Of a DNA stretch of 64,000 nucleotides, positions 1 to 17,453 are shown one piece after another. The DNA is from Chrysomallon squamiferum (lineage: Eukaryota; Animalia; Mollusca). Below the pieces are notes generated by a model. It searched no databases and was not told the DNA's origin. It worked only from the letters and a program-made list of their open reading frames with translations. The DNA is taken from contig CM022671.1 in assembly GCA_012295275.1 (NCBI GenBank), positions 21,886,001 to 21,950,000 on the forward strand, read 5' to 3'. Every line of letters starts with the position of its first letter. Positions within the stretch are counted from its first letter, which is position 1. Both the position numbers and the translations under genes were made by a program.

Positions 1-860
1 ACCCCGGGCTGGGGCAGGTTGGGTCACCCTTAGGGGGAAGCTAGGAGTATTGCATAATGCAGAATAAAAATAATCTCAAATATGCACAAAACACGTGATT
101 TATTTCAAAAAAATTTGCGATGCAATTAACAACCATTTAAATTTAAGAAAATAAAAAATAAACCTCAGCTTAAAATCGCACAATGAAGGCAAAACCAAAA
201 ATGGCTCTAAATGGACTGGAAAACAGTTTCATTTTTATAAAAATGCAAAATACGTGCGGAAATAAATTTAAAACATAATGACCCTACGAAGACTGGATAC
301 ACTCTGAGGTAACTTGAGACAATATATTATACACAAGATAAGTACAAAACCAGAATGCACAAGCATAGCCAGAGCTACAACCTGTAAGGCATACGTTGAT
401 GATTTCCATCCCATTTTCGGCCTATGTAGTTGGAAATGTCTTCTGTTTTGTTCAGCAATCCAACAGATCAATTTTCTTAGCGTCTTAGGATCCAATAGGA
501 AGCCAATACGCGACGTTCTTAGTGTATTTTCAGTCAGTTTTTCTTCCTCTGCCTCTGTGGAACATGAAAAACAGCTGTTTTTCTCAGCGATGTTCCTCTA
601 CAGCTTATTTTAAAATATCTGTTGACACCTGTCTTCGATTACTCTTCTTTTGGTATGTTCTCACCGTCTGTTTTTAAATAAATATATATATATATATGTA
701 TGTATACATTTTAGTGTCCAGTTGACCATTTCACTGAGAAACTGAATTACTAAAACTGTACAAGAAAATGAATTTATAATAACACATATATTTAATGGTG
801 TGCTCGAGGGCAGGTTGGGGGTGTGGTCCAACCTACCCCGGGAAGACCTGCCCCGGGTAG
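1..860 (-). mobile_element. Internally deleted, decayed pogo/Tigger-like (Tc1/mariner) DNA transposon; may extend left of the window
   Basis: The GC-rich motif GGGGCAGGTTGGGTCAC (11-27) recurs directly and inverted at 808-860 (imperfect TIR/subterminal repeats). The minus strand from 667 reads (acg)VRTYQKKSNRRQVSTDILK*AVEEHR, and another frame gives TEAEEEKLTENTLRTSRIGFLLDPKTLRKLICWIAEQN. Both resemble the N-terminus and CENP-B-type HTH of pogo-like transposases. No DDE domain seen. Confidence 0.6.
400..667 (-). pseudogene. Transposase N-terminal fragment (start ATG>ACG, in-frame stops, frameshift)
   Basis: Acceptor-like aaaacag| precedes acg gtg aga aca tac; TAA and TGA stops in frame; HTH-like segment in a shifted frame. 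Confidence 0.55.
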
Positions 861-951
861 TGAGCTTTCGTTTTACTTTGAATTGATCGTTTCTGACCAG
901 CAATTGCCAAGTCATTCAGATGTATTTAATATTTCTAAGTTTTTTTCACAA

Positions 952-1330
952 TTCCATATAACAAAGATTACCTTTGAAAGCTAATAATCTTTAGCTATGT
1001 CTAAGAAGTTGTATGTTGCAAAAACAATCTTTTCAATGTCAAATCAGAACGTATTTGTTCGAGATCTTCATAACTCGTGCGTATCAATTAGCACTATAAC
1101 ATCGTGCTAGATCTAGCTTATCTTAAAACTATAAGTGGACAAAATATAAATCAAAATATATATTTTTTTTTGGGGGGGGAGAATTCCATATCAACTTTAA
1201 TTAACTTTGAAAGTAAATAATCTTTAGCTATGTGTAAGAAGTTGAATGACAAATTAGAAAGCATCTCTTGGACAACTTGAAAACTCGTGCCTATCAAATA
1301 GTACTATAACGTCAGTGCTAGATCCAGGTA
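952..1330. repeat. Diverged local duplication (~150-170 bp x2)
   Basis: ttccatat...ctttgaaag.taataatctttagctatgt.taagaagttg...aactcgtgc.tatcaa.tag.actataac...gtgctagatc at ~952-1115 and ~1184-1326. Confidence 0.8.
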
Positions 1331-1338
1331 AACTAAAA

Positions 1339-1342
<4 letters not shown>

Positions 1343-1425
<83 letters not shown>
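1343..1425. repeat. (GA)n microsatellite
   Basis: Perfect dinucleotide run. Confidence 0.99.
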
Positions 1426-1431
<6 letters not shown>

Positions 1432-2271
1432 AAAAACATTAAAAGAAGGCATAGGAAAGGATATGTATGCACGTTGCATAAACAATTACTGATCCTTGGT
1501 GTTAGAGAATAACAGGATTAAGTTTACCAATAAGCGATACACTGATACAGAAAATAAAATAAATCACGACAAAACATCTAGTGAACATTTTCAAAAAAAA
1601 AAAAAAAACACCAAAACCCCCCAAAACAAGAAAATAAATATAATAAAATTAAATTAAAATTAAAAAAAAATTCCATAAATACAACAAAACAAAAAATTAA
1701 AAAATTAAAAATTAGAAATCAGAACAAACTACACAATATATATGTAGTAATATTTTGAATAACACGAAAGACAACGAAGAACGGAAATTAATAATTCCAG
1801 AACAACCAAGTAAGACAAACTTATTATTATTATTATTTTTTTTTTTTTTAAATCAAGGTAATCTGTTAAAAAGCAAAATTTGGTTTTGTGCAGATATAGG
1901 AGAGCCTAGCAGTTTGTCTTGTGGTGATACTGTAGCTGGGGTAGGCAGTAAGATATCAAGGTAAAAATTGTAATGTCACGGAACCATGTCTAATAATACT
2001 ACTAATAATATTAATAATAAAACATTTCTGGCAGCTCAGTCTATCTCCGTAATTACGATTCTATCACACACACTAAGCGCTTTAAAATTTTATTTCCATG
2101 TATTTCATTCATTGATTATAAGCAAGCGCCGTACGATAAATTAAAATACAACTACAACTAATAATAATAATAATAACAATAATAATAATAATAATAATCA
2201 TCATCAGCATCATCATCATCATATCTGAAATGTGATTTTTCTTTTTATTACATTATCGTAAAATGTGTTAA

Positions 2272-2377
<106 letters not shown>

Positions 2378-2726
2378 GTTTCAATACAGTTTCTTTATAT
2401 AGTATGCATGTGTTCATGTGTGGGAAAAAATTAAAAGAAGGAAAGAAAAGAGATCTTAAAATATTATTAGATAAAATATAATACAACTTGATAAATTTAT
2501 TTTATTTTTATGTATTTATTTATTTATTTATTTTACTTGTTGCTGCTGTTGTTGTTGTTGTTGTTATCAATGTTAGTTGCTAAGCTGCCGTAACTTAGAT
2601 TTCGTTAATATAAAGGCTGATAAATTTACTCCCATTTGGAACACATTGCCATTTAATTCATTCTGTTTTTATCTTTTATTTTTTTATTTTTTAAATGTAA
2701 ATTCACTACTCTATGACTTCGAAAAT

Positions 2727-2880
2727 AAAAAGTACTAATAAAAAATGAAACAAATAAATAAATATAATATAAGAAAAAATACTAATAAAAAATAAAATAA
2801 ATAAATAAATATAATATTACAAAAATACTAATAAAAAGCAAATTAAAATAAATATAATATTACAAAAATATTAATTAAAA
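2727..2880. repeat. ~45-bp AT-rich tandem repeat (3-4 copies)
   Basis: aaaaatactaataaaaa...aaataaatataatattac repeated. Confidence 0.7.
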
Positions 2881-3084
2881 TTTAAATAAAATAAAAGAAA
2901 TATTAGAAAAAGACAAAGGAAAAAAAAAAAAGCAATGACCTAAACATGCATTTCAGGTATGTTTGTGTACATGCATGTATGTAAATAAGCACATAAATAT
3001 ATCAGTATATGTATATATGCTTGACTTCTTTTTTTTTTTCTTTTTTTTTTTTTCACTACAACTAATGATCGCAAAGCAAGCTCG

Positions 3085-3095
3085 ATGACTCATCA
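3085..3095 (+). promoter_or_regulatory. AP-1/TRE (ARE-like) site upstream of GST
   Basis: ATGACTCATCA ~75 nt upstream of the GST ATG, followed by TATA-like catatat at ~3106. Confidence 0.45.
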
Positions 3096-3167
3096 TTTCA
3101 GTTTCATATATCTGCTTGCGACAACGCTGAAGCGGACATTGACGTTGTCAGACGCCGGCGAGACACT

Positions 3168-7969
<4,802 letters not shown>

Positions 7970-8157
7970 AACAGTTCTCTTGCGTATGCATAATGATTGT
8001 TCACAACAAAAAAAAACCCATCTCGCACAAAATAATTTTCTGTTATTAATTATACAGTAGTTAGTAAGAATTTTAATTAATTCTCTTTTCCTATAATGTT
8101 TTATTTTATTTTATTGTTTGTTTGTTTGTTTGTTATTATTTTTTTAAATGTTATTTT

Positions 8158-8189
<32 letters not shown>

Positions 8190-8471
8190 TTTTGCTAATG
8201 TTCAACTTTAAGCTGTTTATTTTGTTTTATTTTAAATTAAATAAATTTCGTAAAATTGATTTTTCCTTTTGTTTGTTAATTTATATATTTTGAATATTTG
8301 CAGAAAATAAATATAATAATCTGAATGTATAAACTAATTTTTTTTTATGGAATAATTATAATATTCATTTAAACTGCGTTAAAGTATGTAAACTGTATCT
8401 TGTATAGAAATAACAAACGAAATAAAAAGTTAATAAGCAATAATTTTATATTACTGTTGTTGTTGTTGTTG

Positions 8472-8530
<59 letters not shown>

Positions 8531-8870
8531 AATGAATGATTATAAATGAATGACTCCTGAGCATATATCGCCTATTGAATGTCAAAACAAAGGTAAATTG
8601 GTATTTATTATATTATATTATATTATATTATATTATATTATTTTCATTTATATCCTTCCTCCTAGGTTCGTAGTCAAGACATACTTGAAAAACAGGGCAT
8701 CCACGCATAGTTGGTCTTTACAGGTAAACAGGAGTTATAGCCCTTTGATTTAAATTATTCTGTTAAGATCAGTCTCGAGATAATTTATGTATTTCCTTAA
8801 ACTAAACTAAAATAAAATAAAATACTTTTTGAGGCAGGTCTATCAAAACAGAAAATGAGGTGACCTGTCA

Positions 8871-8901
<31 letters not shown>

Positions 8902-8916
8902 TATTTATTTGATTTA

Positions 8917-8947
<31 letters not shown>

Positions 8948-9082
8948 ATTTTTGTTTTTATTATTATTTTGTGATAGTTACTAAAAATATTAAAGCTGAT
9001 AGTATCTTCTCTTTTTTTTTAAATTTTATTAAATAGTTTCTTTTAATTTCAGGATCAGGTTTATTATTTATTTTCATTTTTC

Positions 9083-9139
<57 letters not shown>

Positions 9140-9935
9140 TTTATTATGTTATTTAGTTTTGAGGGTTTTGTTTCTGGCCGTATTTTCATTTTTTAGTGCC
9201 AAGCCCTCTTCAGGGAGGGAAGAATAAATGAAATAACAATATATAAATAAATTAACAGTTTTAACAGTTTTATATATAAATATATATATATATATATATA
9301 CATTTGAATGCTTATCGTTTTGTCATTATACATTTATAATAACTAATACATGTATATTATGATTAGTTGGGTGTATTTCTGTTGTTGTTGTTGGGGGGGT
9401 TTTTAGGGAGGGAAGAGTCTTTCTTTCTTTCTTTCTTTCTTGTTTATTTATTTTTTAAATTTATCTATTTGTCTATATTTCTGCATCTATAATATGTATG
9501 TCCAATCTTTTGCTTGGATATTTTCTTTGTTCTTGTTGATTTTTTCACCCCCATTTACTCACTTAATAATTTTTATTGAAAACTGTATTTTTAGAAATCT
9601 TTTCTTAGCGCGCGCACACACATACATACACGCAAGCATAAAATGTAATAAAGGATTTTATAGCAATGTAATTAAGTCCAAGTGAACTTTATATTGAAGA
9701 AGATTGCGAATTATTTATGAAAGAAAACGACGATGTTAACTTCACAAAATTAGGTGGGCTAGGGTGGATAGAAATATTGTATGTTTCATTGTACTGTTAA
9801 ATGGTCAAAAATATATATATATATATATTATTTAATAATAATTAAATGTTTATATTAACTAATTTCTATATCATTTAGTTAACTTTTGTAAGAATGTAAT
9901 TAATGTCTTTTGTGGGGGGGGGGAATTGTATCATT

Positions 9936-9945
9936 GTGACGTCAC
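9936..9945. promoter_or_regulatory. Palindromic CRE (GTGACGTCAC)
   Basis: Perfect CRE at the start of a locally GC/CpG-richer segment (~9930-10230) upstream of death-domain exon 1a. Confidence 0.45.
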
Positions 9946-10181
9946 TGAATTAATACTGCAAAACATTTTGCATTAGTTCGGTCTCTTTTCTATCAGGTAA
10001 CACGCAGTCTGTTGCAAGTCGTTTAGTATAGATCTGTGGTAAACCAAGTGACCCATTATCAAGTACAGCAGACGACAAACTGTGTTTCTATGTACCCGGT
10101 TGTCATGCGCGCGGGTTAGCCCTCCTACCACACAGTTGACAATTTGTATCGATATCAACGCCACCACCATAGGCTTTCATT

Positions 10182-10194
10182 ATGTCGGAAGAAG
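10182..10194 (+). CDS. Death-domain protein, candidate first coding exon 1a (MSEE)
   Basis: attATGtcggaagaag|gtacgt: A at -3, good donor, phase 1 matches the 14044 acceptor; gives a 128-aa isoform MSEEVAATSTG... Confidence 0.5.
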
Positions 10195-10677
10195 GTACGT
10201 CGGTCACAGTAATATTAAACAATGCAGGGTCATTTATGCCCAGTATATTATTGAATTTTGTTTGTTTCTAGCCATTCGTTTTGGTAATCGTGTTACAATT
10301 AACTGAAGCAAATGTTAACTTTTTTTTTCTTTTTCTTTTCTTTTTCTTTTTCTATAACTACTGAACCAAAATAAAAGAAATAAAGAAACCGTATTCAAAA
10401 CAACTACCTCTAGGAAATTAAAATTATTTTTTTTATTAACGCTTTGATTAGAAAAGGTAAATCATCTTAAAATGATTTCATTTCTGTCAGAGAGACCTAC
10501 CACAAATGACTTCAAAGAAAAAAAAAAAAAATTAAAAATTAAAAATGTACACGGCTGTTACGAAAATATAAATAGCTTTGATATTTTGCAGTGACTGTTA
10601 TTAATAATAAAGATCAATATTCTGTTATTGCTTGTTGCTGTCTCGTAACGTTTGCTTTTTCTCCTCAGTTCTCATAG

Positions 10678-10691
10678 TTTCCCGCGCCAAA
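10678..10691. promoter_or_regulatory. E2F-like site TTTCCCGCGCCAAA
   Basis: Overlapping TTTSSCGC matches on both strands. Confidence 0.3.
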
Positions 10692-11224
10692 CAAAAATAT
10701 TTCATCTGAATGAAATAAATCGACGTTTCTGTCATTTTTTATTATTATTATTATTTTATTACTAATTCGCTAATGGTGCTTAGGTGTACATCAAAGGAGG
10801 AAAGGTCGTAAACTTTCGTGCATAAAATGTAAAGACGTTTATAAATTTACATTTGGAAGGGGGTACACCTGACATAGTCTTATTTTACTAAGATCAATGT
10901 TTTGTTTGCTTATCAAATAGAAAGTTTGTGGGAGGAGTTTGGATTTTCCTTTTTTTTCTTCTTCTTCGTATATTTAATTTTTCATTATATAATTTTAAAA
11001 GGGGCGTCATGTTGCAGTGTAGAATATTACGTGATAAATAATAAAAGGTTTTCATTATTATACTTAAAATATTTTAGTAGTGTTGTAGTTGTTGCTGCTG
11101 TTGTTGTAATAGTTGTTGTTATTGCTGTCCATGCCTAGGCGTGTGTACTGCTGACTTGACATGTTGCTTTACTCAGTAATCATTGTTTTGCAAAACTCTC
11201 TATCCTTAGATTAAATTAAATTAA

Positions 11225-11262
<38 letters not shown>

Positions 11263-11746
11263 GGAAGTGCTGCGTATTTTATGTTTGTTGTTTATGTGTC
11301 GGTTACCCTGCAGAATATTAATATAAACACTTGAGACGTAAGTTAAACCATTATAATGTATTTACCACAACTTTTATATATATAATGTTTGAAAACCTAT
11401 AATTTTAATATAACGAAACTGTAACGATATCGTTATTATTAGTAGTAGTAGTAGTAGTAGTATTGTTGTTGTTGTTGTTCTTCTTCTTCTTCTTCTACTT
11501 TTTTCTTGTTTTGTTACTGCGCTACTGTATATTTATCGATCATTATCCAAAATAAATAAATAAATAAAAACTTAATAATTAAAAGAAAACACGGTCTAAT
11601 AACATTTCAAATTAGTATGAATATTAAACTGATGATTTTCTGTATTACTCAAACACAGGACACTAATATTAGCAACTATAATTTATTGAATATCCATCAA
11701 ATATTTCTTAAATAACAGAGGTCACTAGGAGCTTTACTATTTTTGA

Positions 11747-11809
<63 letters not shown>

Positions 11810-12437
11810 TGAAACTCGGTGTAACCCTTCATTCTTAACAATGTCGAGCCTTCTGTTCAACGAAAGTTGAACCTATTCTGAAGCAACAATAAAATATTTG
11901 TGTGGAAAAAAAAAGAAAAAAGAAATTAATAACTTGATATGATTGAGTGCCTAACCGAAAAATAATAACATCAATCGATTTGGTGCCATTTATAACAGGT
12001 GACTTTTGTACTGCAAACACCGGTCAATATTCGGCGTTCATAACAATGACACGATTATGAACTATCCAGTTAAGCGAGGATATAACTCGGGTCGCACGAA
12101 CTCCTTTATGAAAGGCCTACAGTCTGGAGCCAAAAGAAACTTGTGCTATCAGTATCAAATTAATGATTCCAATATCGCTAAATGACAGTAATGCGATACA
12201 CGCGTTAAATAAAAACGTATTTGGTAACTATGCAACAGGACCCACGCATACCTTTTATTACTTTATTTATTAACATTATTATTATTTTTAATAATTTGCA
12301 TACTGTTTCATGAATTCGGAGGGGAGGGTGGTGAGAAGGGAAGTTTTACGTTTATTGTTCTAGTGGAAACACGGCGTATTTTAGATATCATGTTTTACTG
12401 ATTTTCTTACCCGGGTTGTTCGCCTGCCACTTAGAGT

Positions 12438-12908
12438 ATGGCGCTAGCAGAAAAACCCAAGGTGATTAAACGCTTGAGATGTAAGTTAGAATACTTATTT
12501 TATTTACAACTATTTATTTATTTATTTCATATATATATATATGTTTCAAAACAAATTTTCTTTTCGAAATTTGGCTGTAACTGCTATATTTTGTTTAATA
12601 TATTAATATCTTTATTTTTTTTTTTTTTTTTTTTTTATTTTTTTATGTATTTAATTTATTTATTTTTAATGTAATTATTGTATATTTATTGTTTGTTTTT
12701 TTTACTTCATTCTTTTATATTTGTTATCTTCGCTTTGCACATACACTTAAATATTTTATTAATAATTAACGGTAAAATTGTCCATAAATTTCTTAACGAC
12801 ATTTTGCATTTTCATATATTTTTGAAAATATTTATAATTTTGATATCGGTGGGGATAAAAAAAGAAAAAAAGTCGCATAAGAGACAAAAGTTGAGCAAGG
12901 AAGTATGT

Positions 12909-12939
<31 letters not shown>

Positions 12940-13474
12940 TTGAATTTTTGTTTTGTCAATAGAATCTTCATTCTATAACAGTTCCAATTTACATACAGTC
13001 AGGCTAAAAATTATTAAAAAAAACCCTATTTTTTATTATTACTTTTATTTATTTAATGTTTTTAAATTTTATTTTATGTTAATTTATTATATTTTTATTT
13101 TTTTTATTATTTTTATTTTTTTATTATTTTTTATTTTTTTATTTTTTCTGGTTTTATGATTTATCAAATAATATGCACTGGAGTTTTCCTTTCTCATATA
13201 TCAGAAATTTGGTCATAAAATTTTTACATATTGGTAGAATAAGTGTAGAATGCATTATAAAAGAAATAGGTAATCTATACTGTATATATATGTTCCAATT
13301 AACCCCAGCTTTCTACAAAACATAAAGAAACAAAACAGTTTAATAAAATAAGTGATACTCTCCATTCAGAATACTGTCCCAGAGCTTTCTGTTGTTGTTG
13401 GCTTATTTTGTTTCTTAAACATAATTCAAATATATTCTGCATATTTCCAAGTTACTTACTTGTTTATTGTTATG

Positions 13475-13519
<45 letters not shown>

Positions 13520-14417
13520 TCCATTCAATTTTTAATAATAAGTGTGGTTTAAAAATATCTGGGTGCCGCCATTTTTCTGTAATTGTAAAATAATTGCAAA
13601 TGTGATGGACCAATTTGCTTTAAAGTGTCTTCTAGTGTCTAACAAAATAAAATGAAAAAATATAATAAAATAATAATAATGTATCTGTCTGCACCCTTCA
13701 GATGTTTTGTAACTGTTTTAATCCAATAGTCTGTTATAAATAATTATAATAATTGAAAAAATAATAAAATAAATACATAAATAAAATAGTAACTGTTATT
13801 AATAATTATAATAAATAAAAAAAATAATAATAATGAAATAAATAAATTAATAACTGAAGTACATACATTTTTTTATTGCATTCACATTGTGCTCCCATAA
13901 GTATATTTTAAATTAAGATTACTGAACGGAACATAAAAACTTTTTTATATTTCAATGTTGAATCTTTACATTAATGTATCTTATCTGACCCGTCAGGGAA
14001 TTTGCAGTAAAACATACACTATGGTCTTTTACTTCATTTGCAGTTGCTGCCACTTCCACAGGCAAGAAGGAACCAGAGGTCCTTTCGAACACTAGTTTGA
14101 TTCTGCTAGCCAGATACATAGCCCAGGAAAAAATGAACTACCTCGAGATCGGCATGCGTCTCAATCTGCCCACCACTACACTGGTCAACATCGTCAACAG
14201 CGTCACACTGTCGGAAATCACAGAAGAAAAGCTCAAGGTAATAGTGGCGGAAAAGTCTCTTTTTCTGTGGAAAGAACTGACTGCCGAAGTGAAAACAAAA
14301 GACAGAATTAAGATGTTGGAACGGGCTCTGCGAGAGATGGAAAAGAACGAGGTAGCCGACACACTTTTAGAAAGACACATACAGAATTTGGAATTTTCGC
14401 CAGACTGTTTTCAGTGA
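12438..14417 (+). CDS. Small stand-alone death-domain protein (138 aa using exon 1b)
   Basis: Exons 12438-12480 (MALAEKPKVIKRLR; strong Kozak agtATGg; upstream in-frame stop; donor gtaagt) and 14044-14417 (ttgcag| acceptor, phase 1). Exon 2 shows a six-helix death-domain pattern LSNTSLILLARYI/YLEIGMRLNL/TTLVNI/AEKSLFLWK/IKMLERALREM/EVADTLL. Confidence 0.75.
14044..14417 (+). CDS. Death-domain exon (terminal coding exon)
   Basis: Open GC-richer 374-nt exon ending FSPDCFQ*; AATAAA downstream at ~14772 and ~15519. Confidence 0.85.
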
Positions 14418-17400
14418 GTCAGGTCTTTCACAGATGTGACAAAATAATGAAATGAGAAAGATCAAAGAACAAAAGTGCTCATTATGTTAAATAATTTTAT
14501 GGCTTTGATTATTTTGTACAGTGATTTCGATGTTAAATGATACAGCTGCTGAAGTTTAATCATGTTAAAGACATTGTCTGCCTTCTCCAGTAGTGTTTAA
14601 AATAATTAAGTGTAAATAGGTTACTTCAAATGTCAGTAACCTTATTCCTCTCTGAATGGATATAACCTAATGCTTGTCCATATGGTCAATCCCATCATTT
14701 TGCGGTTTCAGTATGATTTCAACCATTTCTTTTATAACAGTATCAGAAACCAGATTATTTTTTATATTTTGAATAAAGAAAAAAAAAAAGTAGTATAAAA
14801 ATAATTGTTTTTATTAATTTTCCAGAAATATTTTTGTTAATCAAGAAATGTTGCCAAAAAAAAACAAGGCATGAGAGATAAAAAATATTGTTTTAATAAC
14901 ATTTTAAACTGTATGTTTTTATTTTTGTAATTTTGTATACAATTTTTTTATTATTATTACTATCATTTAGTAATATCAGTAGTAGTTTTTGTTTTGCTTT
15001 TATGATCATAATACATGATAAACAAAAAACAAAAACCTCAAATCTACTGAAATGAAAGCCATTCTACGATCTATTCTTTTCAATAAGCAGAAAGAAACTT
15101 TTCCTGTATCTTATTCAGAAAACGTATTTAAATACTTATGCTGAAATATCAGAAAGGATCACCCAAAGATGTTTTTATTCCTCAGGCAACACAACTGTTA
15201 TGAATTAGTGCTTTTCCCTTGGAATAACGTTCAAAAGAATGAAAATCAAATGTAAACAAATTTTCTAAAATTACTACCATTGTTAATTTTCTTTTATTTA
15301 TTTATTTATTGCATTAGTTTTGTTTTGTTTTTTATATATGACATTTGTTTTGTTATTTTCCTTTTTATTTAATTATTAAATTTTATTTTTGGAAAATTCT
15401 CATTAAAAATACTATCAGCAACAGAAAATTAAAACAATATAATATTAATTATTTATTTGACTTTTATTTTTTTTTTCACAATAAAATTTGCAGATCCTGA
15501 TGTGTGATTTTCAAAAATGAATAAAAATACAAGTTTGACAAACATTTTACAAATTCTACTTTTATGCACAATGGGTTGAGAATATACATTAATAATTTAT
15601 ATTGAATCAAAAACATAGAATTATATTTTAATTCAACATGATTTAGGAGAAATTAGACAAAAATCTTTTCATTCATTTTTTTCCCTGTTTTTCAAACATT
15701 CAGAAATAAAAATTAGTTAATTATGTTCTTTAAAAAAAAACCAGTGTGAAAAATTACAACTTAAACTGCTCAATAATTTTTAAGTTGGAACATGAAAAAA
15801 GTATGACATTATGAATTATAAATTATTTTTTTTTTGTTCTTTTGTGGATGTAGTGGAAATGATAATATAATATTTTACATATTTCAACCCTGGTTATGGA
15901 AACATGGATCTACTGTCAACAAACAACATAATTACATAATTCATTATATTGATAGTAAACACATGAATACAAAGACGACGATGAGTAGATAGTGTGATAT
16001 CAAAAATATTTACATCAATTTCATAATAAGACTAACAGTTAACTATTGTCTTTAACAGCCGTTGTTTATATAATATTAATAATAATAATAACAACAATAA
16101 TAACTGCTATAAAAATTGCTTTTTGTTGGACAATTTTAAAAATTAAATTTTAAAAAAAAATAATAAAAAATTATGTTTCATCTTTTTTCCTGATTTTATA
16201 AATAAACAGTTTTTCATTTTTAAACAAAGTCTGATCTTTAAAAAGGAAAACCAAAGGTAGAACTGCAGAGTGATATTTGAACATATATAAAAAAATAATA
16301 ATAATAATAAACAAATAAATATTAGATTATTATTATAAGTGTAAATTTATGCTAATTAAAAAAAAATTAAAAATTAAATTACTATTTTATTACACAACAG
16401 CTGTGAATATAAAACATAAATACAATTTTAAAAAATGAGAAAACATTAATATGAAAAATGAATATGGTCACTATACATTTGTGTTCACTTAACCCCTGGA
16501 TTTGCACATGGTAAATATAAATGTATATTTGTGAGCTGTGAAGAGATTATTCATATGAAACCAACCATGACTGATTTGAAATCTAATTTAGAAATATGAG
16601 ACCAAACCTTGAGAGAATCCTTCAGAAAGTTATTTTTTTATGAACTCTAAGGTTTTTAATTAAATAGTCATAAAATTTTGTGCTGCATCCTTTATTTAAT
16701 AAAATATAATCAAACTTTAATTTAAAAAAACACACAAATAAATTGCAGACTCTAGAAATCTATAAAAATTAAATTTTCTTTCCAAAAACTAAGTCCTCTA
16801 AAAATCCACTAACTCCAGCTGCTTCATACTGAGATAAAATCTTTAGCAAATAATTATAAACACTGTTAGATAGTAAAGATGTTAAAAATAAATTCTGAAT
16901 ATGTTTAGGAATGAAACTTTAAGCACTACTACAAAACCAATAATGAAGAAATTTTAGATAAGACCTCTATAAGTCATTTCCTAAATGAATTTATTTCATA
17001 ATTATAACTGCCAAATTCTCAACTTTTAATGTATGTATGTACAATTCTACAGATAAATGCATTATATAGATGGCAATTACAATATTTACTGGATTTTTTA
17101 ATCTTCTTTCATAGTTTTTGCATAAACCATAAATGCAAAAATTTTTCACATAATTCTTTCTAGAACCATTTTAAAAATGTTTATAATACAAAATCTTTAA
17201 AATATGCACATGAAAACAATTTTATGGTACTTTATTTTCAATGATGTGACCAAAAAAGTATAAAACTGGGGAAAAATGAGTCACTGCTGAACACTGCTCA
17301 TATCATTTCTTTTTGGAAAAGTACATGAACTTTATTATGAAAGGAAACATGGAATTAAAAAAGCACTTCAGTCTGGTCTGCACCATAAAGATAAAAATAA

Positions 17401-17426
17401 TTGTATCTGTCTGGTTTTTTTAGCAA

Positions 17427-17453
17427 CTAACCAAAATTCATTGTATGTGAAAT
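17427..17453 (-). CDS. NFYB: NF-YB last coding exon
   Basis: ttcag|ISHTMNFG*. Confidence 0.7.
   Translation of the reverse strand: MSHTMNFG

Noticed and set aside
11314-11337. 24-nt exon-like segment (cag|...|gtaagt) between the death-domain first exons
   Set aside because: Gives TAA in the required phase; no further support. At most a poison exon.
14138-14380. Minus-strand 80-aa ORF
   Set aside because: Antisense shadow of the death-domain exon.
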